Virus record (IMG/VR): IMGVR_UViG_2595698868_000001
Location: 64,001-128,000 of that record
Origin: a virus
Taxonomy: Duplodnaviria > Caudoviricetes
Length of the DNA stretch: 64,000 nucleotides
Direction: 5' to 3' (one strand)
The notes under the pieces are model-generated. The model worked only from the letters and a program-made list of their open reading frames with translations. It was not told the origin of the DNA and did no database searches. Positions 6,718 to 18,400 of this stretch are shown piece after piece (the stretch's first letter is position 1; every line of letters begins with the position of its first letter). The position numbers and the translations under genes were made by a program.

Positions 6718-7542
6718 TTGTCCGAAGCTTTTGAGTCTCACTCGTTCGACGATTCCACGTTCGAGCGTCCTCCCACCAAGTCTAAGGCGCAGGCGCGCGC
6801 TGAACGCCGCGCCGAACGAGCGTCAAAGCAGGCGGAGCATCGCGCTCCGCCGCTGGTGCCCAAGACTGAGAACCAGCGCGAGTACATCGAAATTCTCCGC
6901 GACGCCAATAGCTGCATCGCGCTCGGCCCCGCCGGCACCGGCAAGACCTATATCGCCGCCCGCATCGCGGCGCAGCGCAAGATGGCGGGCCATGTCGACA
7001 AGATCATCATCACTCGCGTGAACGTCTCCAAGCGCGAGCACGCCCTGGGCTTTCTGCCGGGCAACATCGACGCCAAGATGAAGCCCTGGATGACTCCGGT
7101 TGTCGAAGGCCTGCGTGCCGAGGTGTCGGCCAAGGTCATGGACACCTGGAAGGCCGCCGGCGAGTTCGAGATCGTGCCCTTCGAGTTCATGCGCGGGCGC
7201 ACCTTCGACAACGCCTTCGTGATCCTCGACGAGGCTCAGAACGCGTCGTTCGACGACCTGGAACTGTTCGTGACCCGTACCGGTCAGGGTTCGCAAGTCG
7301 TGATCTGCGGCGATCCCGGCCAGATCGACATCCCGAACTCCGGGCTGGAGATCATCACCGACATCGCCGAGGAAAACGGAATCGTCGACACGATCGAGTT
7401 CACCGAGGAAGACGTCGTTCGCTCGGCCGAGGCGAAGGCCTGGGTCAAGGGCATCGCGAAGTACAAGCGCGCCAAGGCTGCGGCCGGTGGCGATGCACGG
7501 AATCTTGACGGTGTCAACCGTTTCATCCATTCTGGGAATTAA
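6718..7542 (+). CDS. phoH: PhoH-family ATPase
   Basis: GPAGTGKT, LGFLPG, MRGRTF, ILDEAQN and GDPGQID motifs. Confidence 0.93.
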   Translation: MSEAFESHSFDDSTFERPPTKSKAQARAERRAERASKQAEHRAPPLVPKTENQREYIEILRDANSCIALGPAGTGKTYIAARIAAQRKMAGHVDKIIITRVNVSKREHALGFLPGNIDAKMKPWMTPVVEGLRAEVSAKVMDTWKAAGEFEIVPFEFMRGRTFDNAFVILDEAQNASFDDLELFVTRTGQGSQVVICGDPGQIDIPNSGLEIITDIAEENGIVDTIEFTEEDVVRSAEAKAWVKGIAKYKRAKAAAGGDARNLDGVNRFIHSGN

Positions 7543-7592
7543 GGAGTCACGTTTCGGAGGAAACGTGACTCAGTCATAGGGTAGAACGGTCG

Positions 7593-8114
7593 ATGGCGTT
7601 TCAATTTGTGGTCGAGACGGGTGAGGGTGATCCCGACGCCAACTCCTACTGCACGGTGGAGTTCGCCGACGACTATTCGGAGATGAACATCCAGCGTTCC
7701 TCGGAGTGGCTCGCTCTGGAGGAAGAGGACAAGCAGCGCATCTTGGCGCGCGCGTCCAAGACGCTGGATGTCCGCTTCAAGTGGAACGGCACGCGCGTCG
7801 ATGGGGACTCCGGTCTGAAGTGGCCACGTGCCGGCGTCTACGACGAGGACGGCTTCATCATCGCTGACGATGTCATCCCCGGCATCCTTCAGGAAGCGAC
7901 CGCCGAGTTCGCCCTGTATCTGATGTCGGATGACTGGACCGCGCCGCGCGACGAAGACCAGTTCAAGGAACTGAAGGTCGACGTGATCGACATCAAGTTC
8001 GACACCACCTATCGCCGCTCCTACATCCCGCCGACGATCGTGGCGATGCTGGAGGGCCTGGGCTCCTCTAACTCGGGCAATCGCCCGGCCTTCAAGAAGA
8101 TCGTCCGGTCGTAA
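7593..8114 (+). CDS. putative head-tail adaptor
   Basis: ANSYCTVEFAD...LKWPR pattern typical of head-completion proteins; start of the structural block. Confidence 0.65.
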   Translation: MAFQFVVETGEGDPDANSYCTVEFADDYSEMNIQRSSEWLALEEEDKQRILARASKTLDVRFKWNGTRVDGDSGLKWPRAGVYDEDGFIIADDVIPGILQEATAEFALYLMSDDWTAPRDEDQFKELKVDVIDIKFDTTYRRSYIPPTIVAMLEGLGSSNSGNRPAFKKIVRS

Positions 8115-8117
8115 TCC

Positions 8118-8492
8118 ATGGGCCTGAAGAACACGCTCCGTAAGGGGGTCAAGAAGGCGTTCGAGGCGCTCGACGACATCCCCAAGAAGGTCACGTATCA
8201 GAGCGTGTCCGGCGCGCCGGTGCGTGATCTGGATGCGGGGACTTTCACGCGGCCGTCGACCAACTACACGCTGCCTATGGTCGTGTTCACCAGCTTCACC
8301 ACGCGTGAACGGGACAAGGACCCAGCGATCGAGACGAACGACGTCAAGGTGCTCTTCCCCAGCATGGACCTGCCGGTGAAGGCCAAGACGCAGGACACCA
8401 TCATCGACGATGAAGGCGTGCTCTGGGAAGTGATCGACAAGAAGACGGACCCCGCTTCGGTCGTGACCATTCTCCAGATGCGTGCGGCCTAA
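8118..8492 (+). CDS. putative head-closure protein
   Basis: Size and position in the neck module. Confidence 0.55.
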   Translation: MGLKNTLRKGVKKAFEALDDIPKKVTYQSVSGAPVRDLDAGTFTRPSTNYTLPMVVFTSFTTRERDKDPAIETNDVKVLFPSMDLPVKAKTQDTIIDDEGVLWEVIDKKTDPASVVTILQMRAA

Positions 8493-8493
8493 C

Positions 8494-8991
8494 GTGGCGT
8501 ACAAGCGCAGCGGGAGCAAGCTCGCTGTTCAAGTCGACAACCCATTCTCTCACGCGTTCGAGCGTTTCTTCGAACAGGCCCAGGATAGCTTCGAGCGCCG
8601 CGAGAACGCGCTGCTGATCAAGCTGAACGAGAAGATTCTAGAGAATACGCCGGTCTGGGAAGGCGACACGATCCTCAATTGGCGGTGGTCGACCCGCGCG
8701 CCGGACATGAGTCACGAAGAGCCGCGCGGAGCCGGCATTGATCCCGGCCCGACGAATTCGATGCCGATCGGGTCTGAACCGCGTCGTAAGGCCAACGAGG
8801 CGCGCCCACGTCGTTCGCTGGCCGGCGCCCTGCGCGCCAAGAAGCCGGTCGACATCTACCTGACCAACACGTCGGACAGCGCCGTCGCCCTGGAGTACGG
8901 GCTGCTGCCCACGCCCCAGCGGTCACGCGTCGACAGTTCAAAGGGGATTGTCCGTCTGGCGATCGCCGAAGCTATGGCAGGTGTCCTGTGA
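8494..8991 (+). CDS. putative neck/tail completion protein
   Basis: TPVWEG...NW and IYLTN...ALEYG resemble HK97 gp10-like proteins; synteny. Confidence 0.55.
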   Translation: MAYKRSGSKLAVQVDNPFSHAFERFFEQAQDSFERRENALLIKLNEKILENTPVWEGDTILNWRWSTRAPDMSHEEPRGAGIDPGPTNSMPIGSEPRRKANEARPRRSLAGALRAKKPVDIYLTNTSDSAVALEYGLLPTPQRSRVDSSKGIVRLAIAEAMAGVL

Positions 8992-9058
8992 TCTGGTTCG
9001 CCGCCTTCCACATCTTGCCCTGGCTGCCGTTCTGGTGGCTCTCTGAGGAGACCTGACC

Positions 9059-9514
9059 GTGTCGATCTTTAACGCCCTCCGTCGTGTCCTGGACACGAAG
9101 GCGCTGGCGGCGGCCACGGAAGCAGGCCTCGCCGGCAAGATTCAGTTGATGAACGAAGAGACCGTCAAGGACAAGCGTGCGGTTCACGCCGAGTTCTGGT
9201 TCCGCACCGGCGGTTCCAAGCAGTGCGAGCTTGGCCCGAATACGTCCCTTGAAATGACCGTGGGCATCTTCCAGTTCACCGTCTACTCACCCGAAAACGT
9301 GGGCAGCGGAAGCGGGACTGCGGCGGCCGATATTCTGCGCGCGCGGTTTAACCGCAAGCAATGGATGGTGGACCCCTACGGCTACGTCAACACCCAGGTC
9401 GCCAACGTCAAGACCCCGATGAGTGGTCCGGTGAACGGCCAGTTCGTGACGATCGTCGACGGCACCTTCTACTACTACCACCGCGATCCCGACGCTGGGG
9501 ACTTCCGGGAATAA
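9059..9514 (+). CDS. putative tail terminator
   Basis: Directly upstream of the tail tube gene; GIFQFTVYSP segment. Confidence 0.55.
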   Translation: MSIFNALRRVLDTKALAAATEAGLAGKIQLMNEETVKDKRAVHAEFWFRTGGSKQCELGPNTSLEMTVGIFQFTVYSPENVGSGSGTAAADILRARFNRKQWMVDPYGYVNTQVANVKTPMSGPVNGQFVTIVDGTFYYYHRDPDAGDFRE

Positions 9515-9655
9515 CGCTTGACGTCAGCTTGACTGGCTGCTATCTGCCAGGATTCTTGACACTCTCAGGCTTTTCGAGTAGGGTCCACCACATCGGCGCG
9601 CAGACCGGGGCGGTCGCCAGCCAACCCCCTGTTTTGCAACTTTTGGTGGGCAGAA

Positions 9656-11491
9656 ATGGTCCAAATCTTCGCCGACTCCAACCGCGCGGGTCTTCGCTAC
9701 ATCAAGGAAGACCCGAACGCCTGGGGCACCACGCCGGTCGATGGTGTGTCGCGCGCGCTGCGCTACACCGGTTCGACGATCAACGCCAACAAGGAAACGG
9801 CGGTCTCGGAAGAAATCCGTGAAGACCGCATGACGGCCGACTACATCGAGACGGGCGCGCGCTCGGCCGGTGACTTCAACGTCGAATTCTCGGCCGGCTC
9901 GCACGACGACTTCCTGGAATCCTTCGTGTTCGGCGCGTGGACGCGCCCGATGACCTTTGACTCCGTCAAGGGCACCAGCCTGGAATGGGCGAACTCGACG
10001 ACCCTGTACATCAAGGGCCAGGACGTCACCGACTACTTCTTCCCCGGTCGCCGCGTGAAGACGCTGGGCTTCCTGGAGACCGCCAACAACAACTACTGGC
10101 AGATCAGCACGATCACCTGGAACGCGGGCGCCAACCGCACCGAGATCGTCGTGACCGATTCGACCGCCGTGGCCGAGTTGGGCTCGTTCTACACGTCGAT
10201 GATCGACGCCAACGACGTCATCGTCCTGAAGAACGACACGATCCGTGCCGGTACCGGCGGCGAGGCTGCCTTCGACTCGAACGGTTCGAATGCGTTCGCT
10301 GCCGCGATCGCGGCGGGCCAACTGAGCGCGGGTCAGAAGATTTTCGTCGACGGCCTGGGCATCGAAACCGGCACCGTCACGTTCTCGGATCAGCCGGCGG
10401 TGGGCTCGAAGGTCACCGTGTCGGATGGCGACAAGACCCTGGTCTTCCAATTCGGCGGCACCGTGCCTCCCGGTACCGAATCTGTCGACCTGGGCTCGGG
10501 CGCTGACGCGACCGCCGAGAATTTCGCTGCGGCGCTGAACGGCTTCAATCGCGATGGTTCGCTCCTCGTTTCGGCCACCGCTGCTGGCGGCGTCGTGACG
10601 CTGAAGAACCTGCGCCGCACCAACGGCTCGATCCTGGAAACGACCGACACGGGCAACGTGATCACGGTCGCTCAGTTCTCGGGCGGCTCGGCCTCGCTGC
10701 ACGGCGTGTTCAAGATCGAATCGGTCTCGGACGACAAGATCACCGTTTCGCCGGCGCCGGCGACCTTCGCCAACGGCGCAGGCCTGCCCGTGACGATCAA
10801 GGGCTCGATGCTGCGCAACCCGTCGGAAACCGCCGACATCATCCCGCAGTCGTTCACGATCGAAACCGGCTTCGGCGACGTCAGCCAATACTGGATCACC
10901 GATGGCCTGCGCGTCGGCACGTTCACCTACAACATCGCCTCGAACGCGATCCTGACCGGCTCGTTCGGCTTCAACGGCCGCCAGACCAAGCGTCAAGGCG
11001 TGACCAAGCTGGGCGCGGCGCCGTACACGGTCCTGGACTCGACGGCGACGCCGGTCGCGAACGCAACGACCAACGTCGGCGCGATCAAGATCAACGGTGA
11101 AGAACTGTCGACCGCGATCCAGTCGATCACGATCTCGGGCAACAACAACCTGCGTGACCAGAACGCCGTCAGCTACAAGTTCCCCGCCGGCATCGGCGCG
11201 GGCCGCCTGGAAGTGACCGGCAACCTCGTCGCCTACTTCGCCGACGGCAGCCTGTGGGACAAGTTCATCGAGCACGACACCGTTTCGGTGGAATTCTCGA
11301 TCGAGGACGTCCTGAGCAACCACTACGAGTTCACGGTCCCCGCCGTCAACTTCACCACGGACACGGTCAACCCTCCGGGCGGCAACCAGGACGTGATGGA
11401 GAACATGGAATACGGCGCCAAGCGCGACCCGATCACGAAGTGCGAACTCCAGATCGACCGCTTCTCGGCCATCTCCGCCGTCACCGCCTAA
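9656..11491 (+). CDS. major tail tube protein
   Basis: SEEIREDR N-terminus, ISGNNNLR and GRLEVTG tube-like C-terminus; precedes chaperones and tape measure. Confidence 0.8.
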   Translation: MVQIFADSNRAGLRYIKEDPNAWGTTPVDGVSRALRYTGSTINANKETAVSEEIREDRMTADYIETGARSAGDFNVEFSAGSHDDFLESFVFGAWTRPMTFDSVKGTSLEWANSTTLYIKGQDVTDYFFPGRRVKTLGFLETANNNYWQISTITWNAGANRTEIVVTDSTAVAELGSFYTSMIDANDVIVLKNDTIRAGTGGEAAFDSNGSNAFAAAIAAGQLSAGQKIFVDGLGIETGTVTFSDQPAVGSKVTVSDGDKTLVFQFGGTVPPGTESVDLGSGADATAENFAAALNGFNRDGSLLVSATAAGGVVTLKNLRRTNGSILETTDTGNVITVAQFSGGSASLHGVFKIESVSDDKITVSPAPATFANGAGLPVTIKGSMLRNPSETADIIPQSFTIETGFGDVSQYWITDGLRVGTFTYNIASNAILTGSFGFNGRQTKRQGVTKLGAAPYTVLDSTATPVANATTNVGAIKINGEELSTAIQSITISGNNNLRDQNAVSYKFPAGIGAGRLEVTGNLVAYFADGSLWDKFIEHDTVSVEFSIEDVLSNHYEFTVPAVNFTTDTVNPPGGNQDVMENMEYGAKRDPITKCELQIDRFSAISAVTA

Positions 11492-11649
11492 TTGGAGAGT
11501 CACGTTTTCCCCGAAACGTGACTGCTCCTCCTTCTTTTCCCCGACAGACGCCAGTTTAGCCCTCGGGCTTACGGAGTCTCAGCGCTGAGCAGGGCGTCCC
11601 GGAGTCGGGGCCGGGACGCCCACCCTTCCCCTGACAAGGTAACCCGAAA

Positions 11650-12063
11650 ATGAGCGAAGCTCTCGACCTGTTTGAACTGTTCTCGTCCAACAAGGAATCC
11701 GAAGAAGCCGGCCGCTGGGTCGAACTCGGTTCCGGCACCAGCTTCAAGATTCGTGCGTTCGGCGCCAAGGCCGTTTCCGACCTGCGCGACAATCTGACCA
11801 AGCCCTACGCGCAACTGCTGCGCGTCGGCTCGAAGATTCCGGACGACAAGAACGAAGAGATCGGCCTGAAGGTTCTGGCCGGCGCCGTCATCGCCGACTG
11901 GAAGAACGTCAAGAACGCCGCCGGCGAGATCGTCCCCTACTCCGCCGACGAGGCCTACGCCATCCTGAAGGCTCTGCCGAAGCTCGCCAGCTTCATCGTG
12001 CAGTACAGCCTGGAAGGCCAGAACTACCGCGACGAGGCCAAGGAAGACGGCCTGGGAAACTGA
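11650..12063 (+). CDS. tail assembly chaperone (G-like)
   Basis: Between tail tube and tape measure; ends at slippery GGGAAAC. Confidence 0.75.
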   Translation: MSEALDLFELFSSNKESEEAGRWVELGSGTSFKIRAFGAKAVSDLRDNLTKPYAQLLRVGSKIPDDKNEEIGLKVLAGAVIADWKNVKNAAGEIVPYSADEAYAILKALPKLASFIVQYSLEGQNYRDEAKEDGLGN

Positions 12064-12455
12064 TCAGCGCGCTCGATCAGGCCCTAGAAAATCCTCCCGA
12101 TGCAAATTGGGAGTTCAAGAATACGGCTCGTGTGGCGAAGGGGCTTCCGCCCCTTCCGCCACCACCGCCCCCGATCGAGGTCTATCAAGACCTCCAGTGG
12201 GCATATGCCGGCTTCTGGCGCCTGTCGAACGCGCGCCCCATCGGCATGGCCGGACCACTCCGAATTCCCTTCTCCGAAATCGCCGGCTACTGCCAACTAC
12301 ACGGCTACGATATCGGGAAGCGACTAGACTTCCTCTACTACATCGAACGGCTCGATGACAAGTTCATGGAGTACGTGAAGAAGAAGCAGGACGAGGAAGA
12401 ACAAAAGAAGGCTCAGAATAATGGCGCGCCGCGACCGAATCCTTCGCGGCGCTGA
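12054..12455 (+). CDS. tail assembly chaperone extension (GT-like, -1 frameshift product)
   Basis: The -1 frame is open from GGGAAAC (12054-12060) through ORF 12132-12455. Confidence 0.7.
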   Translation, partial: GKLISALDQALENPPDANWEFKNTARVAKGLPPLPPPPPPIEVYQDLQWAYAGFWRLSNARPIGMAGPLRIPFSEIAGYCQLHGYDIGKRLDFLYYIERLDDKFMEYVKKKQDEEEQKKAQNNGAPRPNPSRR

Positions 12456-12462
12456 GGGATAG

Positions 12463-15400
12463 ATGGACACCCAACCGCTCAAGCTTAAGGTAGACTCAGG
12501 GCAAGCGCAGGCCGACTTGGCGGCGCTGGCCCGTTCGCTTGACTCGGCGGGTGTCGCGGCCCTCAAGACCGCGAAGAATTTCGAGACCGGCATGGCCGGC
12601 GTGTCCAAGGCCATCAATGGCTCCTTGGGCTCCATGGAGAAGTTCGCGAAGGTCGCGGGCCTCCTCTCCAAGATCAAGATGGACGGTTCGGGCGTCTCGG
12701 CGATCGGTGAGTTCGCCAAGGCGCTGAACCAAGTCGCGCGCGTCCGCGAGATCGAACAGTCGAAGCTGAACAGCTATCGCAAGTTCATCGAAGTCGGCGC
12801 TCAGGTCTCGAAGCTGCGCTTCGACGGCCAAGCCACCAACAGCATCCTCAAGTTCTCCCAGGCCCTGGACGCGGCGTCCAAGGCCCGCGCGATCACGCCC
12901 GCCAAGATGCAGTCGTGGGTCAAGTTTATCGAGATCGCCGCCCGCGCCAGCCAACTGCGCTTCTCGGGTAACGCGACCAGCAGCATCAAGCAGTTCGCCG
13001 AGGCTATGGACTCCATCGCCAAGGTGCGTGCGATCACGCCGGCGCGCGTGCAGTCGATCAAGAGCCTGTTCGAGGTGCTGGGCTCCGCGAAGGGTCTGGG
13101 CAACGCCGGCAAGCTGGCGGGTGACCTGAACAAGATCGCCGAGGCCGCCGGCCGGGCGTCGACCGCGCTGAATTCGATGCCGTCGAAGGTCCGCGCCGTT
13201 TCTCCGGGCTTCCAGGCTGCAACGAAGAACGCAGAGTCGCTCCACAAGGAAATCGCCAAGACGCCGGGTCATGCCGGCCGAGCCAGTAAGGGCTTGGGTG
13301 GTTTGATCGGTCGCCTGGGCGATCTGGGCGAGCGCTTCAAGCTGTCCTATCAGGCCGGCACGGCGTTCAGCGCCTTCTTCTCGGCCTTCACCTTCGGTCA
13401 GTTCCTGAAGAGCACCTACGACACCAACATCGCCCTGGCTAAGCTCCAGAAGGCGCTGCTGTTCTCGACCGGCACCTTTAAGGGCGCCCACGAAGCGATG
13501 GATCGCTTCGTCGGCACGTCGCTGGAACTCGGCCTGAATATCGAGAAGACGGCAGAAGCCTACGGCCGCTTCACTCTGTCGGCTAAGGCTTCGGGCATTG
13601 GCATCACGGACTCGGAAAAGATTTTCAAGTCCGTTGCAGGTACTCTTCAAGTCGTTGGCGCTAATTCTGAGCAAACTGAACTCGCGTTCTACGGGTTGAC
13701 TCAGATGATTCAAAAGGGGAAGGTCAGCGCCGAAGAGTTCAACCGCCAGATCGGCGAGCAAATTCCTGGTAATGCTGTTATTGGTGCTCGCGCGCTGAGC
13801 AAGCTCGAAGGTCGAGTTGTCTCTGTTGCTGAGTTCTTCAAGCGCATGTCTCTTGGTCAGATTATGTCGACCAAGTTTGTGCCGGCATATGCTGAGGCTC
13901 TGCAAGAAGAGTTTGGCGATCTATTGAAGGTTGCTCAACGACGTCCTGACGTTGCGCTGAATAAGCTGACCTCGGCCTTCACGATCTTCAAGAAGAGCGT
14001 GGGTGAAGCCGGCTTCATGGCTTCGCTGGGCCGCGAGTTTGGCCGCCTTACCGACAAGATCATCGTCACGAAGGATGGCCAGACGTCACTGACGCCGGCC
14101 GCGCAGCGTCTCGCCGATACCCTGGGCAAGAACCTCGCCAGCATGGTGCGCCTGCTGGGTAAGGGTCTGGAGTTCCTGGTCGAGAACCTGGATAGCGTCG
14201 TTGCCGCGATCAAGGGCCTCGCCGCTCTGAAGATCGGTGCGACCTTCATGGATTGGACCAAGAAGGCCAACGGCTTTGCAGGTAGCCTGATCCCGGTCAA
14301 GAATAACGTCGCCGAAGTCGCCAAGACCGAAGCGGCGATCGCCGGGGCCGGCGCAAATGCCGCGACGGCTGCTGCCGCTACTCAGGGCTCGACCATGGGC
14401 GGCCCGACTCTGTTCGCCTCGAAGGGCTCGAAGACCCAGACCTACGACAACCTGCGCAAGCAGGGCTACTCGCACGAGGATGCGACCTTCTATGGCTCGC
14501 TGCCCACCCGTGACAACGAGAAGTTCACGGCCCAGAGCGGCACGCTCATGGGGAATCCTGGGCAGCGCACGCAGCGCCAGTTTGGTCGCCGCGTCCAGAC
14601 CTACAACAACACCACCAATGGCCTGAGCGGTAATGCCGTGGCCTTCGGCATGCGCAACAACGCCGCAGCCGCAGCAGCTACCCAGACGGCCACTAAGGGT
14701 GCTGGAGCGATGGCGGCTGCCGCCAAGGGCGCGACTATGGCGTTCACGGGTCTGCGCGGCATTCTCAATGCTCTGCCCGGCATCGCCGTGGCCGCTGGCA
14801 TTGCCCTGGCGGTTTTCAGTGACAAGATCACCGGTGTGAAGACCGCCGCTGGCAACGATGTCCAGGTGGGTGATATCGCGAGCGGTGCGCTGGGCGCCGC
14901 TGGCAAGGACATCGGTAAGTGGTTCAACGATGCTGCGGTCGGCATCGGTGCATTGTTCGGAGTCTCCAAGGAAAAGGCAGGCGGCAAGTCGCTGGGCGAG
15001 TGGCTTGCCTGGATCGCAGCCAGCCTCATCACTTTGGGTAAGGTTCTGTTCTCGCTGGCGGATTCGCTGGGCAAGGTCATCGGCACGACGTTGGCGAGCA
15101 TCATCGGCGATGTGATTACTTTCGCACGGGTCACGGGTCGAGTGTTCAAGGGCGACTTCGCGGGCGCCAAGCAAATCGGTTCCGACTGGCAAAAGCAGAA
15201 GGAGACCAACGCCCAAAATACCGCCAACGATATCGTGGCTGGCACGCGCAACGCATTCAATGTGCAGGGCGTCTACAACGACATCATGTCCGGGGCCAAG
15301 GCGGCGGCTGATAACCGGAACGCCCAGGCCCAGACCGATGCTGCTGTCCAGGCTGAAAACGCTGACATCGAGCGCCAGATGGCCGCGCGTCAGCAGGCCT

Positions 15401-18400
15401 TCAAGGACCAGGAGGCGGCTGCTGAACTGGAAGCTCTGCGCAATCGCGCCAACCTCGGCAACCTGAGCGCACCTTCGTGGGACAGCGTCTTCCAGAAGTT
15501 CGCCGACGCCGGCAAGACCACGGCAGAAGCCGCTAAGACGTCTGCGGATGCGGCGTCGACGACGGCTGCCGCCGCGACGGTAGCGGCGAACGGCGTGACG
15601 ACGGCGGCTAAGGGTACGGCACCTACGCCTAAGAACCAGAACGTCGCCGGCGCCATTACGGACGCTGCGCGCGTCACGGGCGTTAGCGAAGAAGTTTTGA
15701 AGGCGATCGCTTACCGCGAGTCGGGCTTCAACCCCACGGCGGCGGCCAAGACTTCGTCGGCGCGTGGACTGTTCCAGTTCACCTACGACACCGCGCGCCA
15801 ATACGGCCTGACCAAGGCCAAGTCGGTTGCGGAGTACAAGGCTAACCCCGGCGACGCCTTCAATGCGCAGGCGTCTTCGCTGGCTGCGGGCCGTTACGCC
15901 CAAGCTAATGCGGCGGAAATTAAGAAGGCTTTCGGTCGCGATGCGACGGGCGGCGAAATCTACGCCTCGCACTTCATGGGCTCGGGCGGAGTGGTCGACC
16001 TGATCAAGGCTGTCCAGAAGACCCCGAACGCCAGCTTTGAAAAGCTCTTCCCGGCGGCGGCTAAGGCGAACGGATTCACGCAGGGTAAGACGGTTTCGCA
16101 GGTCTACAAGAACCTGACCGACACCGTCGGCGGTTCGGCCGGCACGAGCGCAGCCATCAATCCCCGCGCGGCGCTGGACGGTATTACCGAGGTCGAAGGC
16201 GAAACGCTGACGGCGAAGTACGAGAATCTGAACAAGCAGCTTGCGGCGATCACGTCGCAGGTCGACCCGGCGGCCGACGCGATCGGCGGCATGCAGGAAA
16301 TCCTGGTGCGCCTGTCTAAGCTGGGCGACGCGAACGCCAAGCTGGTCGAGCAGGGTGTGGCGAGCCAGTTCACGCCGGAAGTCCAGGCCTCCTTGCAGCG
16401 CCTGAAGGACAAGCTGACGCGCGACATCACGGATGCCGTCAATCCGTTCATTAAGGACGAGCGCACCGCCACGCAGGCGAACGAGATCACGAAGCTGCGC
16501 CTGAAGGGCATGCAGGACGAAGCTGAGTTCAAGGAGAAGCTGAACGGTCTCTACGAACAAGGCTACGACATCAGCAAGCTCGACACGCAGGAGAACCGCA
16601 ACCGCATGAAGGCGACCCGTCAGCAGACGGACGCCCTGGCTGCGCAACTCGAAGTCGTCAACGCCCTGAATGATGCTCAGCAAAAGCGCATCGAGCGTAC
16701 TGGCTCGGCCGCAGATATCGCCTTCGCGCGTGGCGTCAAGCTGCGTGATGGTCAGTCGCTCAACGACGCGATCAGCCAGATGTCGCCGGAAGAACTGGCG
16801 GCTCGCCGCAAGGCCGCGAACATCGCCGTGCAGACGCAGCGTGATGATGCCCTCTACAACGCTCAGGGCCAAATCCAGGAGATGGTGGCGACGGCAGGCC
16901 TGAAGGGTCGCGGCAAGTCGTTGCGCGACGACTATAAGTCCTTCCTGGAAGACATCAGCGGCCTGACTGACACCTCGCTGTCGCGTCTGGAGCAGCGTGC
17001 TGGACCGGAACTGGCGACCCTCGCCAAGAAGGCTGCCGAGATCAAGGACACCCTGGAAAACCCGCCGGGCTTCCAGCGTTGGGCTGACGGCCTGACGCCG
17101 CTGAAGGAGCGCCTGGAGGAAATTAAGGCTGGTTTCGCGGATGATCTGTCGAGCGCGATCACCGATGCCCTGTCGGGTGAAGACGTCGACTGGCGCGAAC
17201 TGGTTCATAACGCCTCGAAGCAAATGCTGAAGGCGCAGGTCGACAACCAGCTTGGCGGCTTGATCAACATGTTCACGGGCGGCCCGCAGGCGCAGGCCCA
17301 GCAAGTTGCCGGCGGCTTCCCTGGCATGCAAGGTGCGTCGGGCATGCAGCCGCAGCAGCAGCCGAACATTTTCCAACGGCTGTTTGGTACGCGTCCGGCG
17401 AATGGGCAGGTCAACACGGGCGTGGGCGCTGGAGTAGGCGGTGCCCAGGGCAACGCTGGCCCGAGTACGGGCGGCGGTTTCTTCGGCGGCCTGTTCCGTG
17501 GTCTCTTCGGCGGCGGCACTCCGCCCGCTTCTAGCCTTGCGCAGGCCCCTGGCCAGAACACGGGCTTCAGCAGCAGCATGCCCAGCATCTACGACTTCAA
17601 CGGTTCGCCGAGCGTGGCGCAGGCCGGTTGGGCGAACGGCACGGACCTGCAAGTCGCCGGCCCGACCGTGGACACGTCGTCGGGTCTGGGTCAGGCTTTG
17701 TCGTTCTTCGGCCTCTCGAACGCCGGCATCAAGTCTGAGACCGCGATGAGCGGTGCGTCGGCGTTCGGCGGCAATACGGCCGTGACGACGGGCATCGGCT
17801 CGATCAATGGCCCGACGGGCGCAGCGGACGCTATGAATTCGGCCAACATTTCGGTGTCGAACGCCCAGGTGTCGGCCCAGAACATGACGGTTCAGGCTCA
17901 AACGGTCAACCTGAGCGGCAACGTCGCAGGTGGCGGCGGAGCCGGTGGCGCGCCCGGCGTTGGTCCGGCTGGCGCTGCGTCGGCTACGGGAGGCCTGGGT
18001 GGAGGCGCCGGCGCAGGCGGTGGTGGAGCTAATCCGTTCAGCAGCGTCTTCGGTGGCGGCGCGGACCTGAGCAACCTGAACACCAATACGGTGTCGGTGA
18101 ACGACGCCATGTTGACGCCGTACATGGTTGATCAGACTGGCGGCCCCGGTTTCGTGCCGGCGGGCATGGGCATGCCTGACCTGAGCGGCATGACGCCGGC
18201 AGGCGGCGGCGGCATCACGGGCTGGCTCAGCAATACGTTTGGTAACATGGGTCAAATGGGTCAGCAGGTCGGTCAGCAGGTCATGGCCCTTGCTCCGTTC
18301 CTGCTGGCGAACCTGACCCGTCGCAAGGACAAGAACAAGGAACCCAAGAAGAACATCAACGGGGTGATCGGTGAGGCGCGCCCGGTTGAGGTTTCAGGTA

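Noticed and set aside
14086-18255. 1389-aa antisense ORF, and similar long shadows (2344-4149, 9524-11503, 49589-51907, 55039-57048, 60546-62924)
   Set aside because: In-register antisense shadows of real high-GC3 genes; no motifs or RBS
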